The translations under genes were made by a program, and so were the position numbers. From NCBI GenBank assembly GCA_039588275.1, contig JBDHAC010000005.1:1-64000 (forward strand): DNA of 64,000 bases, given 5' to 3'. Shown in pieces: positions 1-10,162 of the stretch. The notes under the pieces were generated by a model. The model worked only from the letters and a program-made list of their open reading frames with translations, made no database searches and had not been told where the DNA came from. Position 1 is the stretch's first letter, and every line of letters begins with the position of its first letter. The stretch is from Gemmatimonadota bacterium (lineage in GTDB: Bacteria; Gemmatimonadota; Gemmatimonadetes; Palauibacterales; Palauibacteraceae).

Positions 1-2375
1 AGGTGCGCGTCGCTCGCGGCCACCTCGGGTGTGAGCTGCTGAATCGAGGAGATGTCGTCCAGGATCCAGAAGCCACGACCGTACGTGCCCACGACCAGAT
101 CGTTGAAGTGCTCCTGGATCACCATCCAATAAACCGGTGCGTGGGGCAGGTTGGATTGGAGCGGCTGCCACACGTCGCCGTCGTTGAACGACACGTACAG
201 CCCGTTCTCGGTGCCGGCGTACAACAGTCCCTGCCGCACGGGGTCTTCGAGCACCGACCGTGTGAAGCTGAGCGGGGTGCGCTGGATCCCGTTCACGATC
301 AGCTCCCACGACTCGCCGTAGTCCCGGGTGCGGTAGATCCAGGGGTCGCGGTTGTTGGCCTGGTGTCCGTCGACGGCGAAGTACGCCGTTCCGGGATCGT
401 AGCGCGATGCCTCGATGTTGCGGATCGATCCCCAGTCCGGCATGCCGGGCACGTTCGCGGTCAGGTCGGTCCACGTGTCGCCACCATCTCGCGTCAGGTG
501 GATGAGCCCGTCGTTCGTGCCGGCCCAGATGAGCCCCGGAGTGATCGGCGACTCCTCGATCGCGAACACCACGCCAGCGTATTCGACCCCGATGTTGTCC
601 GGCGTGAGGCCGCCCGAGAGACCCATCCTGGAAGTGTCGCTCCGGGTGAGATCGGGGCTGATCAAGTCCCAGCTGCGACCCCCATCGGTCGTCACGTGCA
701 CGTACTGCGATCCTGTGTACACCCTCTCGTTGTCGTGCGGTGAGATGGTGAGCGGTGCGTCCCACACGAAGCGGTACCGGAGCTCGCCCGCTGGCCAGCC
801 GATCGTACTCTTGGGCCACACCTCGACGTCGTGCACCTGACGCGATTCGAGATCCATGCGCGTCACGATGCCGCCGACCGCGCCCGAGCCCGAAGCGCTC
901 GACCAGATGATGTCGGGGTTCACGGGGTCCGGGGTGGCGAACCCGCTCTCGCCCCCGCCCACGTCGTGCCAGTCACCCCGCGGGATATTGCCCACCGAGC
1001 CCAGAAACCCGCCGTAGAAGGTGCGGCTCGGACCGCGCATCGATTGCCCATCCTGTCGGTTGCCGTACACGTAGTACGGAATCCGCGTGTCGACCGTCAC
1101 GTGGTACATCTGAGCCACGGGGAGGGCGATCTGCCGCCACGTCTGCGCGCGATTGACGGAGATGTCGACGCCCCCGTCGTTCGCCACGATCATGCGGTCC
1201 GGGTTCTCCGGATCGATCCAGATGTCGTGGTTGTCGCCCCAGGGCTCCGCGCGGCCGTCGTGGTCGATCGTGCTCTCGCCGCCGTTCGTGCTCGAGCTGA
1301 ACGGCGCGGCGAGAAAGTAGGCTTCCATATCGTCGGCGGGGGACACCTCCACGCGGCTGTAGTAATGCGTGCGGCCCGCGAGATTGCGGTCGTACGAGAT
1401 GAGCTCCCAGGTGTCCCCGCCATCGTCCGAGCGCCACAACTCGCCGCTCTCGGTCTCCGTGCCATCGGGCAGCGGCACCCCGTCGCCGGTCTCGATGAGC
1501 GCGTAGATGCGCTCCGAGTTGGTCGGCGCGATCGCGAGCGCCACCTTGCCGACGTCCTTCTCGGGTAGGCCGTGTGCCTCCAGCCGCGTCCACGTGTCGC
1601 CGCCGTCGCGCGACATCCAGATCCCGCTCCCCGGCCCGCCGCTCGTCCGGCCCCAGGTATGGATCTCGATCTGCCACATGCCCGCGAACAGGATGCGCGG
1701 GTTGTTGGGATCCATGACCAGATCCGACGCGCCCGTGTTCTCGTCCACGAACAGCACCTGTTCCCACGTCTGCCCGCCGTCACGTGTGCGGAAGATCCCG
1801 CGCTCGGGCTGAGGTCCGTAGGCGTGGCCGAGCGCCGCCACGAAGGCCACGTCCGGGTCGCGCGGATCAACCTGGATGCGGCTGACCCGGCCGGTGTTCT
1901 CCAGCCCGAGGAAGCTCCACGTCTTCCCCGCGTCGGTGGACCGGTATACCCCTTTGCCCATCGAGATGTGGCTCCGGATGTTCGGCTCCCCGGTACCGAC
2001 CCACACGACGTTGGGATCGGACGGCGCGAGGGTGATCCAACCGATCGACAGGGCGTCCTCCTCATCGAAGATCGGCTCCCACCAGGTGCCGCCATCCGTG
2101 GTCTTGAAGATCCCGCCCGACGCCGCGCCCGCGTAATACGTGTTGGGATCCCCCGGCACCCCCTCGACGGCCGAGATCCGGTTCCCCTCGGGGCCGATGT
2201 GGCGGTACTTCAAGGCGTCGAAGGCGCTCGCGTCGACTTGCTGGGCTCCGGCGGGCGCAGCGGATGAAGCGAGGGCGACGACCCAGGCGGCCACGACGCC
2301 CCGTGGCAGGAAAGAGGCACGGGCGGCTGCGAAAAGACGCATCGGGACGGTATCGAAGAGGCGACGGATGTACAT
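1..2375 (-). CDS. Secreted Vps10/sortilin-like BNR (Asp-box) repeat glycosyl hydrolase-like protein; 3' end runs off the left edge
   Basis: Not in the ORF track (no stop in window). Manual minus-strand translation from ATG 2375 (alt. ATG 2342): ...VVAAWVVALASSAAPAGAQQVDASAFDALKYRHIGPEGNRISAVEGVPGDPNTYYAGAASGGIFKTTDGGTWWEPIFD..., with a signal peptide and repeated S/T-x-D-G-G-x-T-W Asp-boxes. Confidence 0.9.
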   Translation of the reverse strand, partial: MYIRRLFDTVPMRLFAAARASFLPRGVVAAWVVALASSAAPAGAQQVDASAFDALKYRHIGPEGNRISAVEGVPGDPNTYYAGAASGGIFKTTDGGTWWEPIFDEEDALSIGWITLAPSDPNVVWVGTGEPNIRSHISMGKGVYRSTDAGKTWSFLGLENTGRVSRIQVDPRDPDVAFVAALGHAYGPQPERGIFRTRDGGQTWEQVLFVDENTGASDLVMDPNNPRILFAGMWQIEIHTWGRTSGGPGSGIWMSRDGGDTWTRLEAHGLPEKDVGKVALAIAPTNSERIYALIETGDGVPLPDGTETESGELWRSDDGGDTWELISYDRNLAGRTHYYSRVEVSPADDMEAYFLAAPFSSSTNGGESTIDHDGRAEPWGDNHDIWIDPENPDRMIVANDGGVDISVNRAQTWRQIALPVAQMYHVTVDTRIPYYVYGNRQDGQSMRGPSRTFYGGFLGSVGNIPRGDWHDVGGGESGFATPDPVNPDIIWSSASGSGAVGGIVTRMDLESRQVHDVEVWPKSTIGWPAGELRYRFVWDAPLTISPHDNERVYTGSQYVHVTTDGGRSWDLISPDLTRSDTSRMGLSGGLTPDNIGVEYAGVVFAIEESPITPGLIWAGTNDGLIHLTRDGGDTWTDLTANVPGMPDWGSIRNIEASRYDPGTAYFAVDGHQANNRDPWIYRTRDYGESWELIVNGIQRTPLSFTRSVLEDPVRQGLLYAGTENGLYVSFNDGDVWQPLQSNLPHAPVYWMVIQEHFNDLVVGTYGRGFWILDDISSIQQLTPEVAASDAH

Positions 2376-2504
2376 GAGCTCGCTCCGGCTTACGGGTGGA
2401 ACAGGGGAGGGAAGTATGCGGTCGCGGACTCGGGTTGGCGATGGTCGGGCGACCGTGGATCGGTGGCCGGGGATCGTAGCAGTCCCTATCGTGGGCCCGT
2501 GGAC

Positions 2505-4388
2505 ATGCGCACCAAGCTCGTCTTCGCCCTGGTCGCCGTCGCTCTGGGAAGCATGCTCGTCCTGGGCGGCATCATGTACACCCGCGCCCGCGGTCTCCTG
2601 CGCGACAGCAAGCTGGAGCAGCTCGACAGCCTCGCCGAATCCCAGAGACAGAGCCTGGAGAGCGTCATCTCCGGCTGGTACGACGAGATCGAACTGCTCG
2701 CGAGCGGGACCCAACTTCGGCTCACGCTCCGCGAGCACAACGCGGGCCGAAGCCAGGAGGCGTCGGCTCGCATCCGGCGGATCCTCGAAGACGCGCTGGG
2801 CTCAGTGGACGACGTCGAGGCGCTCCATGTCCTCGACCACGAGGGACAACTGGTGGCATCGGCAACTCGCGAGGCCGGGACCGAGCTGCCCGAACCCCAG
2901 CCCGAAGCCCTGCCCGCTCCGCCCGACCGGTCCGCAAACGGCATCGTCTATCGCGGCGTCGCTTTCTCCTCCGACCATGAGCCCCGCGTCCGCTTCAGCG
3001 CCGACCTGACGCTCGAAGCCGAGCGCCTCGGGACGCTTCAGGCGGCGTTGAACGCCTCGAGGCTTCTCGAATTGGTGGAAGACCGCCGTGGACTCGGAGC
3101 GACCGGCGAAACGATGATCGTGACGCGGGACGAGCGCGGTGCGGCCCGGGTGCTGCATCCCGTTCGCCATCCAGCACCTGCAGGCACCGAGCTCATCCGC
3201 AGCGAGGACCGGAGCGATCCGGCGAACCTGGCGCTGTACGGCGAGGAGGGGAGATACCGGGATGGCATCACCGACTACCGTGGGGAGCCGGTCTGGGCGG
3301 CGGTTCGATTCCTCCCCGAGCCCGGCTGGGGCCTGGTCGTGAAGTTGGATGCAGGCGAGGAGCAGGGTGCGATCGCCGATTTTCGCCGAGAATCCACGCG
3401 GCTCGGTCTGTCGGTCTCCGCCTTCGCGATCCTCTTCGGCATCCTGCTCGGTCTTCACTTCGCCAGGCCGATCCACGACTTGGCCGGGGCCGCGACCCGG
3501 ATCCGGGACGGCGAGCTGGAGGCGCGGGCCAACGTAGCGGCGCGGGACGAGATCGGCTTCCTCGCGCACACGTTCAACGAGATGGCGGAGGAGCTGGAGC
3601 AGCGGGTCACGGAGCTACACGAATTCCACCGGTTCTTCGACGTTTCGCTGGACATGCTGTGCATCGCCGGGACAGACGGTTACTTCAAGAGGACCAACCC
3701 CGCTTTCGAGCGCACGCTGGGCTGGGGGAGCGAGGAGCTGTTGAGCCGCCCGTTCAACGACCTCATCCACCCCGACGACATCGAAGCGACCGACCACGAG
3801 ATCACCACGCTGTCACAGGGGATCCCCACGATCTCCTTCGAGAATCGCTTCCGATGCGCGGATGGCACGTACAAGCACTTGCTGTGGACCTCGCATCCGG
3901 AGCCGGCTACCGGATTGCTGTATGCGGTAGCCAAGGACATCACCGAGCTGAAGCAGGAACAGGAGCGGTTTCGCCTGGCCCTCGAGTCGTCATCGACCGC
4001 GATGATCATGGTCGACGACCACGGGACGATCGTTCTGGCAAACAAGGCCGCCGAACGCCTGTCTCAGTACTCGGTCGAGGAGCTGATCGGCCAGCCGATC
4101 GAGCTACTCGTTCCGTCGCACCTGCACGAGGTGCACCAGCAACACCTCGCCGAATTCATGCGCGAGCCCACCGCCAGGGCCGTGGGTCAGGGACGCGAGC
4201 TGCACGCGAGACGCAAGGACAGATCTGAGGTCCCGGTCGAGATCGGCCTGAGCCCGATCCACACGTCGGAGGGGCTTCACGTGCTGGGCTCGATCACCGA
4301 TCTGACCGCCCAAAAGGAGGCAGAGCGGAAGATCCGAACGCTCACCCGGGAGCTCGAGCAAGCCAAAGCCAAGCTGCGGGTGACCTAA
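2505..4388 (+). CDS. Membrane sensor: TM - periplasmic Cache-like domain - TM - HAMP - PAS - PAS, with no recognisable output domain
   Basis: ATG 2505 (MRTKLVFALVAVALGSML). Cache-like DYRGEPVWAAVRFL..GWGLVVK; HAMP ARPIHDL...RDEIGFLAHTFNEMA; two PAS/PAC domains (NPAFERTLGW...HPDD, ...ARRKDRSEVPVEIGLSP...DLT). Ends in a short coiled coil then TAA TGA. Confidence 0.88.
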   Translation: MRTKLVFALVAVALGSMLVLGGIMYTRARGLLRDSKLEQLDSLAESQRQSLESVISGWYDEIELLASGTQLRLTLREHNAGRSQEASARIRRILEDALGSVDDVEALHVLDHEGQLVASATREAGTELPEPQPEALPAPPDRSANGIVYRGVAFSSDHEPRVRFSADLTLEAERLGTLQAALNASRLLELVEDRRGLGATGETMIVTRDERGAARVLHPVRHPAPAGTELIRSEDRSDPANLALYGEEGRYRDGITDYRGEPVWAAVRFLPEPGWGLVVKLDAGEEQGAIADFRRESTRLGLSVSAFAILFGILLGLHFARPIHDLAGAATRIRDGELEARANVAARDEIGFLAHTFNEMAEELEQRVTELHEFHRFFDVSLDMLCIAGTDGYFKRTNPAFERTLGWGSEELLSRPFNDLIHPDDIEATDHEITTLSQGIPTISFENRFRCADGTYKHLLWTSHPEPATGLLYAVAKDITELKQEQERFRLALESSSTAMIMVDDHGTIVLANKAAERLSQYSVEELIGQPIELLVPSHLHEVHQQHLAEFMREPTARAVGQGRELHARRKDRSEVPVEIGLSPIHTSEGLHVLGSITDLTAQKEAERKIRTLTRELEQAKAKLRVT

Positions 4389-4448
4389 TGACGCTCGCGC
4401 CCAGTGGCACCTGACCCTACCCACTCTTCGAAGGTCTCCGGAGGATCC

Positions 4449-6020
4449 ATGAGGAAGTCGATCGCTCTCACGCTCGTCTCGCTGGCCGGCCTCTCTCTGG
4501 CCAGCTTCTCGCCCGTCGAGATCGCCGCTCAAGACACGGCGACACGAAACGGCCCGGATGGCGATGGCGCCCCCTCGGGTGCCGAGCCCGCACCCGCTCG
4601 TTGGGAGAGCCGCCACTCGATCGTGGTCGAGGGCCAGACGGTCGAGTACGACGCAGTGGTCGGCAGCATCATCCTGCGCGACAATGCCGAGAAGGCGACG
4701 GCCGAGCTGTTCTATACGGCGTACTTCCGCAGCAACGTCCCGGACCGCGCGCGACGACCGCTCATCTTCGCGTACAACGGCGGGCCCGGCTCCGCGTCGT
4801 TCTGGCTGCACATGGGCATCATGGGTCCGCGCCGAGTCGTAACCCCGAACGTGGGGCAACAACAGCCGCCCCCCTACCCGCTCGAGGACAACGAGTACAC
4901 GCTCCTCGATATGGCGGACATCGTGATGGTCGATCCGGTCGGTACCGGGTTCAGCCGTCCCGCGGGCGAGGCGGAGGGGGAAGACTTCTGGGGGTTGGAC
5001 GAGGACGCCCGCTCGCTGACGCAGTTCATCCGTCGATTCCTGAGTGACAACGAACGCTGGAACTCCCCTCGCTATCTCCTCGGCGAGAGCTACGGTACGA
5101 CCCGATCGGCCGTGCTCGCGCGGCACCTTCAGGGCGCGAACATCGACCTGAACGGCATCGTGCTAGTGTCGGCGGTTCTCGACTTCAACACGATCCGCTT
5201 CCCGCCCGGCGCGCAGATCCCGTATGTGGTGAACCTCCCGGCCTACGCGGTCACCGCGGCGTACCTGGATGCGCTCCCCGGCGGGGCGCCGAGCGATCTC
5301 GAGGCGTTCATGGCCGAGGTCGAGGAGTGGGCGCTCAACGATTACGCGACGACGCTGCTCGCGGGCGGCACTGTGGATCCGGACCAGAGGACCCGTACCC
5401 TCGACCAGATGCACCAGTACACGGGTCTCGACCGCGACTTCCTGGACAAGGCCGATCTGCGCGTGTCGGCGCCCGAGTTCGAGAAGGAGCTGCTGCGGGA
5501 TCGGGGGCTCGTCGTGGGGCGGCTCGACGCCCGCTTCACCGGTCCCACGGGCGATCTTCTCGGGACCCGGCCGGAGCACGACCCGCAATCCACGGCGATC
5601 AGCTCGGCGTACACGTCCGCCTTCAATACGTACGTCCGTGAGGAGCTCGGGTACGACGGCGACCGTGAGTACGTCCCGAGTGGGATGGCGAGGCCGTGGA
5701 AATGGGAGCGGGGAGGCGGGGGCGGATTCGGCTTCTCCGGGACCCCGAACGTCGCGCCGGACCTGGCGACCGCGATCCGGCGAAACCCAAACCTGGAGGT
5801 GCTGCTCGTCAACGGGATCTACGATCTCGCCACGCCCTACTTCGCGGCCGTGTGGACGATGGATCAGATGGGGCTGCCGCCGGACCTGCGCGACAACACC
5901 CAGCGCGCGGACTTCGCGGCGGGGCACATGATGTACGTGGAGCAGGGCCTCCTGCCGCAGTGGCGGCAGACGCTGGCCGCGTTCATCAGGCGAACGTCGA
6001 GCCCGGCATTGGTTCCGTAG
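4449..6020 (+). CDS. Peptidase S10 family serine carboxypeptidase, secreted
   Basis: GGAGG SD before ATG 4449; signal peptide; motifs YNGGPGSAS, DPVGTGFS, GESYGTTR (catalytic Ser), DLATP, AGHMMY. Confidence 0.93.
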   Translation: MRKSIALTLVSLAGLSLASFSPVEIAAQDTATRNGPDGDGAPSGAEPAPARWESRHSIVVEGQTVEYDAVVGSIILRDNAEKATAELFYTAYFRSNVPDRARRPLIFAYNGGPGSASFWLHMGIMGPRRVVTPNVGQQQPPPYPLEDNEYTLLDMADIVMVDPVGTGFSRPAGEAEGEDFWGLDEDARSLTQFIRRFLSDNERWNSPRYLLGESYGTTRSAVLARHLQGANIDLNGIVLVSAVLDFNTIRFPPGAQIPYVVNLPAYAVTAAYLDALPGGAPSDLEAFMAEVEEWALNDYATTLLAGGTVDPDQRTRTLDQMHQYTGLDRDFLDKADLRVSAPEFEKELLRDRGLVVGRLDARFTGPTGDLLGTRPEHDPQSTAISSAYTSAFNTYVREELGYDGDREYVPSGMARPWKWERGGGGGFGFSGTPNVAPDLATAIRRNPNLEVLLVNGIYDLATPYFAAVWTMDQMGLPPDLRDNTQRADFAAGHMMYVEQGLLPQWRQTLAAFIRRTSSPALVP

Positions 6021-6030
6021 AAGGCCCGTC

Positions 6031-7584
6031 ATGATCCGTCACCGCCAACGGCTCCTCGCCGCGTGGCTCGTCCCGCTCCTCTTCTTCGCGGCCTGCGATG
6101 CGGACCGCGAAGCCGATCCGCGGTCCCGGGAAACGGCGCCGACCGAAGGCGTGACCCGTGCGCGAGCACCGACGCCGCGGGCAGCACCGGGACCGAGACC
6201 CAACATCGTCGTGGTCGTGGTCGACGACTTGCGCTGGGACGAGTTCGGAGCAGCGGGTCACCCATACCTCGAGACCCCCAACATCGATCGCCTGGCGGCC
6301 GAGGGGGCTTTGTTCACGAATTCCTTCCACGCGGTCCCGCTCTGCTCGCCGAACCGAGCCAGCATCTTGACCGGCCAGTACCCGTCCAGGCACGGGATCA
6401 TCGACAACGTGGCCCGTAACCGCGTGAGTCACTCGCTCCAGACCTTCCCCGCCGCGCTCCAGGCGGACGGTTACGAGACCGCGTTCCTCGGCAAGTGGCA
6501 CATGGGGAACGATCCCACGCCCCGACCCGGCTTCGACTACTGGGTGGGGCTCCCGGGCCAGGGACGCACGGGGGACCCGGAGCTCTTCGAGGACGGCCGT
6601 CTGAACGTCGTCGAGGGCTACGTGACCGACGTGCTCACCGACAAGGCAGTCGAGTTCATCGAGCAAGAGCGCGACCGGCCGTTCCTCGTCTATCTGGCGC
6701 ACAAGGCGGTTCATCCGGATGTGCGCCAGCTCGACGACGGATCTGTCGATACCGGCTCGTCGCTCGGCTACATGCCTGCCACTAGACACCGCGGCCGCTA
6801 CGAGGAAGAGATGTTCGAGCGCCGGCCGAACGTCGTCTCCAGCCTGGAGGACCTAGCCGACAAGCCGGCCCTGCGCCGCGCCCTCGCCTACCGCGCCAGC
6901 CCCGACATCACGGAGGCTTTCGGGGGGATCCTGGATCCGGGTACGAGCGAAGAGACCATCCGCCGCCGGGCCGAGATGCTCCTGGCCGTGGACGAGAGCC
7001 TCGGGCGGCTCATGTCGACGCTCGAAGGGCTCGGTGTCCTCGATCAGACGATGATTCTGTTCACCAGCGACAACGGGTTCTTCTACGGAGAGCACGGGCT
7101 GAGCCTGGAGAGGCGGCTGCCGTACGAGGAATCGATCCGAAACCCTCTCCTGGTTCGCTACCCACCGCTCGTCGCCGCAGGCGCGAGGATCGCGGAGATC
7201 GCACTCTCCGTGGACATCGCGCCGACGGTTCTGGAAGCCGCCGGCTCGCCGATCGGCGACCATATTCAGGGAAGCTCGCTGGTCCCCCTGTTCGACGGCG
7301 CCGCAGACGGGTGGCGGGAATCGGCGCTCGTCGAGTTCTACACGTACGAGAATCCCATGCCTTGGCTGATGGACATGGATTACCGTGCGGTCCGGACCGA
7401 GCGGTTCAAGTACATCCATTGGATGAAGCACCCGGGGCTCGACGAGCTGTACGATCTCGAGTCGGACCCGTTCGAGATTCGTAACCTTGTCAGCGATCCC
7501 GAGTTCGCCGACGTCAAGCGGGATCTGCAGTCCGAGATGAGGCGTCTCGTGCTCGATGCGATGGGCTTGAGTGTCGAGCGCTGA
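6031..7584 (+). CDS. Cys-type sulfatase (probable lipoprotein)
   Basis: RPNIVVVVVDDLR, CSPNRASILTG (CxPxR formylglycine motif), GKWH, FTSDNG, ELYDLESDPFE; lipobox-like FAAC. Confidence 0.93.
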   Translation: MIRHRQRLLAAWLVPLLFFAACDADREADPRSRETAPTEGVTRARAPTPRAAPGPRPNIVVVVVDDLRWDEFGAAGHPYLETPNIDRLAAEGALFTNSFHAVPLCSPNRASILTGQYPSRHGIIDNVARNRVSHSLQTFPAALQADGYETAFLGKWHMGNDPTPRPGFDYWVGLPGQGRTGDPELFEDGRLNVVEGYVTDVLTDKAVEFIEQERDRPFLVYLAHKAVHPDVRQLDDGSVDTGSSLGYMPATRHRGRYEEEMFERRPNVVSSLEDLADKPALRRALAYRASPDITEAFGGILDPGTSEETIRRRAEMLLAVDESLGRLMSTLEGLGVLDQTMILFTSDNGFFYGEHGLSLERRLPYEESIRNPLLVRYPPLVAAGARIAEIALSVDIAPTVLEAAGSPIGDHIQGSSLVPLFDGAADGWRESALVEFYTYENPMPWLMDMDYRAVRTERFKYIHWMKHPGLDELYDLESDPFEIRNLVSDPEFADVKRDLQSEMRRLVLDAMGLSVER

Positions 7585-8845
7585 CGCCCCCGGCTGGCTA
7601 CGCCGCACGTCCCTCACCACGCGCGTCCTCATCGGGCTCGGCCTGGGCATGGCCGGCGGGCTCGCCGTGTCGTTCTCCGACGGCGGTTTCCTACCCTCGG
7701 TCCCGGGCGCCGTCGAGCCGATCGGCACACTCTGGGTGAACGCGATCCGTATGACTGTCGTCCCCCTGGTCGTGTCGCTGCTGGTGGTCGCGATCGCAGG
7801 GGAGCGAGAGAGCCGCACGGTTGCCACGGTCGGAGCCCGCACCATCGGCCTGTTCGCCGTCATGGTGGCGGCCGTGTCGCTGTTCAGCGCGCTCGCCGCG
7901 CCTCCGCTGCTCTCGCTGCTGCAGCTGGATCCGGCCACGGCCGAATCACTGCGCGCCGCCACGAGCGAGGTCACGCCGGACGCGGTCGAGCTTCCTCCGT
8001 TTCGCGATTGGCTCGTGGACCTCGTGCCCGCGAACCCTTTCCAGGCGGCCGTGGATGGAGCAATGCTCCCGTTGATCGTATTCACCGCCGCCTTCGCCTT
8101 TGCGCTGAACCGGACCGGTGAAGACGCGCGTGACGTCATCCTCCGATTCTTCGCGGCGGTCAAGGACTCGATGTTCGTGCTGATCGGCTGGATCCTCGAC
8201 GTGGCACCGATCGGCGTCTTCGCCCTCGTCCTGCCCCTCGCCGCGCGCATGGGCGCGGCGGCGGTGGGCGCCTTCGGCTACTTCATACTCATCGCGTGTG
8301 GACTGGTCATCGTGTCGATCCTGGCGCTGTACGTCTTCACGGCACTCGTCGGCAGGATTCCGCTCGGACGCCTGGTGCGCGCGTACGCACCGGCCCAGGT
8401 AGTCGGTTTCAGCACGCGCTCCTCTCTCGCGTCACTCCCGGCGATGCTGACGTCCACCGAGATGCTGGCTCTCCCGGCCAGGGTCACCGGACTTGTGCTC
8501 CCGGTCGCCGTCTCGATCTTCAAGTTCTCGTCGCCGATCGTGCGGGCCACGGGTACCTACTTCATCGCGCGGTTGTACGGCATCGAGCTGGGCCCCCCCG
8601 AGATCGCCGCAATCGCTGCCGCCATTGGGTTGCTGAGCTTCTACTCGCCCGGCATCCCGAGTGGCGGGCTGTTCGTCATGACCCCGGTCTATCTCTCGCT
8701 CGGACTCCCGGTGGAGGGAATCGGGATCCTGATCGCGCTCGACATGATCCCCGACATGTTCATCACGACCGCCAACGTCACGGCCGATATGACGGCTGCG
8801 GTGGTGTTGTCGCGGTCCGCTCCGGAAGGAGGGGTTGAGGCTTGA
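7571..8845 (+). CDS. Dicarboxylate/amino acid:cation symporter (DAACS/GltP family)
   Basis: Multi-TM protein; motifs LVPANPF, APIGVFAL, FSTRSSLASLP, PGIPSGG, DMFITTANVTAD; overlaps the sulfatase stop. Confidence 0.92.
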   Translation: MSSADAPGWLRRTSLTTRVLIGLGLGMAGGLAVSFSDGGFLPSVPGAVEPIGTLWVNAIRMTVVPLVVSLLVVAIAGERESRTVATVGARTIGLFAVMVAAVSLFSALAAPPLLSLLQLDPATAESLRAATSEVTPDAVELPPFRDWLVDLVPANPFQAAVDGAMLPLIVFTAAFAFALNRTGEDARDVILRFFAAVKDSMFVLIGWILDVAPIGVFALVLPLAARMGAAAVGAFGYFILIACGLVIVSILALYVFTALVGRIPLGRLVRAYAPAQVVGFSTRSSLASLPAMLTSTEMLALPARVTGLVLPVAVSIFKFSSPIVRATGTYFIARLYGIELGPPEIAAIAAAIGLLSFYSPGIPSGGLFVMTPVYLSLGLPVEGIGILIALDMIPDMFITTANVTADMTAAVVLSRSAPEGGVEA

Positions 8846-9369
8846 CTCGATCGATGTCCAGGACCGCGCGCCGTCGGCTCCTCCTCGCCCTCGCCCTCCC
8901 CGCGCTCACGGGTGCCGCGGCGACCTGGGGCTGTGATTCTGGCCGACCCGAACCCGACCCGAACGGCTCCGGATCGGAAGGTCTCGGATTCGACGCCGAA
9001 GCCGAATTGGGCGCGTGGGTCGAACTATGGGCGACTTACGACCTGGAGCGCGTCGACGACCTGTTCTTGGACGACCCGCGGCTCACCTACTTCTCCTCCG
9101 AAACGGAAGGACTGATGGTGGGTCCGGCCGCCATCCGGACGCACCACGAAGGCTTCGATTTCGTCGAGGGAGGTAGGGCTCCGGGGCAGGAGCTGTGGGT
9201 GGAGGAGATCCACGTCAGCGAGTTCGGGAGGGTGGCGGTCGTGGGGGCGACGTGGCACTTCGGGGACCGAGCGATGCCGGATGAGGCATCCCGCGGTCCG
9301 ATGACGGTCGTGTATGTGGACGAGGGCCACGGACCCAAGATCGCGCACATGCACTTCGCGGACTATTAG
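8842..9369 (+). CDS. NTF2/SnoaL-like domain lipoprotein
   Basis: TTG start overlapping the upstream TGA; signal with WGC; C-terminal MTVVYV...KIAHMHF typical of SnoaL/DUF4440 folds. Confidence 0.75.
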   Translation: MTRSMSRTARRRLLLALALPALTGAAATWGCDSGRPEPDPNGSGSEGLGFDAEAELGAWVELWATYDLERVDDLFLDDPRLTYFSSETEGLMVGPAAIRTHHEGFDFVEGGRAPGQELWVEEIHVSEFGRVAVVGATWHFGDRAMPDEASRGPMTVVYVDEGHGPKIAHMHFADY

Positions 9370-9565
9370 CAGCCGAATCCCGGTCTCCAGCGTCTCATCG
9401 GGCGGCCTGACGAGCGGGTACCTCGCTTCACACGGCGATTCCGCAGCCGGTTCCAAACGTTCAAGACACGCCACCCATGAGCGGGCATCGTACGAGTGGG
9501 GTGATTCAATACGTGGGACCCGAGAATCCCGTGGGCCCGCTCGGATGGAACGGAGGTAGCCGAAG

Positions 9566-10012
9566 ATGATGAGACGCGTAGCGTTGCTCACTGGTCTGCT
9601 GTTGGTCTCACCGCTCGCCGAGGCTCGCGCCCAGGAGGAGGCACCCGCCCAGGAGGAGGCACCCGTGGACAGCCTCGCGCTGGCGCGGCAATACACGGCC
9701 TGGCTCTACGATGGTGTCGCCGACAGTCTCATCGCGCACAGCTCCGAAGGGGCGAAGGCCAACTTCTCGACCCCGGAGCGTTGGGCGCAGTACAGCGAAA
9801 CGATTCTCGAGCGCGGCGGGATCGAGCTCGAGGTCGTCGAGGAGACCTGGAAGCTGCGCAACGGCCAGTGTCAGTATTGGCGCACCGCCAGCTTCAGCGG
9901 GATGGATGAGCCTCTTCTCGTCAGGTGGGTCCTGAACAAGGCAGGCGAGATCGTGGCGGTGGGTCTCGGGCCCGCGAGCCAACCCCCTATGGTCGAGAGC
10001 GAAGAGTGCTGA
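9566..10012 (+). CDS. Secreted hypothetical protein
   Basis: GGAGGT SD; signal peptide MMRRVALLTGLLLVSPLAEARA; AQEEAP x2 tandem repeat; coding-like composition. Confidence 0.75.
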   Translation: MMRRVALLTGLLLVSPLAEARAQEEAPAQEEAPVDSLALARQYTAWLYDGVADSLIAHSSEGAKANFSTPERWAQYSETILERGGIELEVVEETWKLRNGQCQYWRTASFSGMDEPLLVRWVLNKAGEIVAVGLGPASQPPMVESEEC

Positions 10013-10162
10013 TCTGAGGCTCCGCCCGCGGGGTGCCGAGCCCGGTCCCCCGGTCGTGCCGCCACCCTTGCCGCGCCCGGGCGATCGGGTCTAGTCTCGC
10101 GCCGTCCACGCCGTGCGCCCGGAACCCACCCGGGACCCATCAAGAACTCTGTGGAGGCTGAA

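Noticed and set aside
4300..4450. Frameshifted histidine kinase domain after the PAS sensor
   Set aside because: Only 60 bp separate the stop from the peptidase start, and no H-box-like sequence is visible in other frames.
10004..10012. C-terminal Cys followed by TGA as a possible selenocysteine readthrough
   Set aside because: No redox-family context and no recognisable SECIS; the downstream frame looks non-coding.
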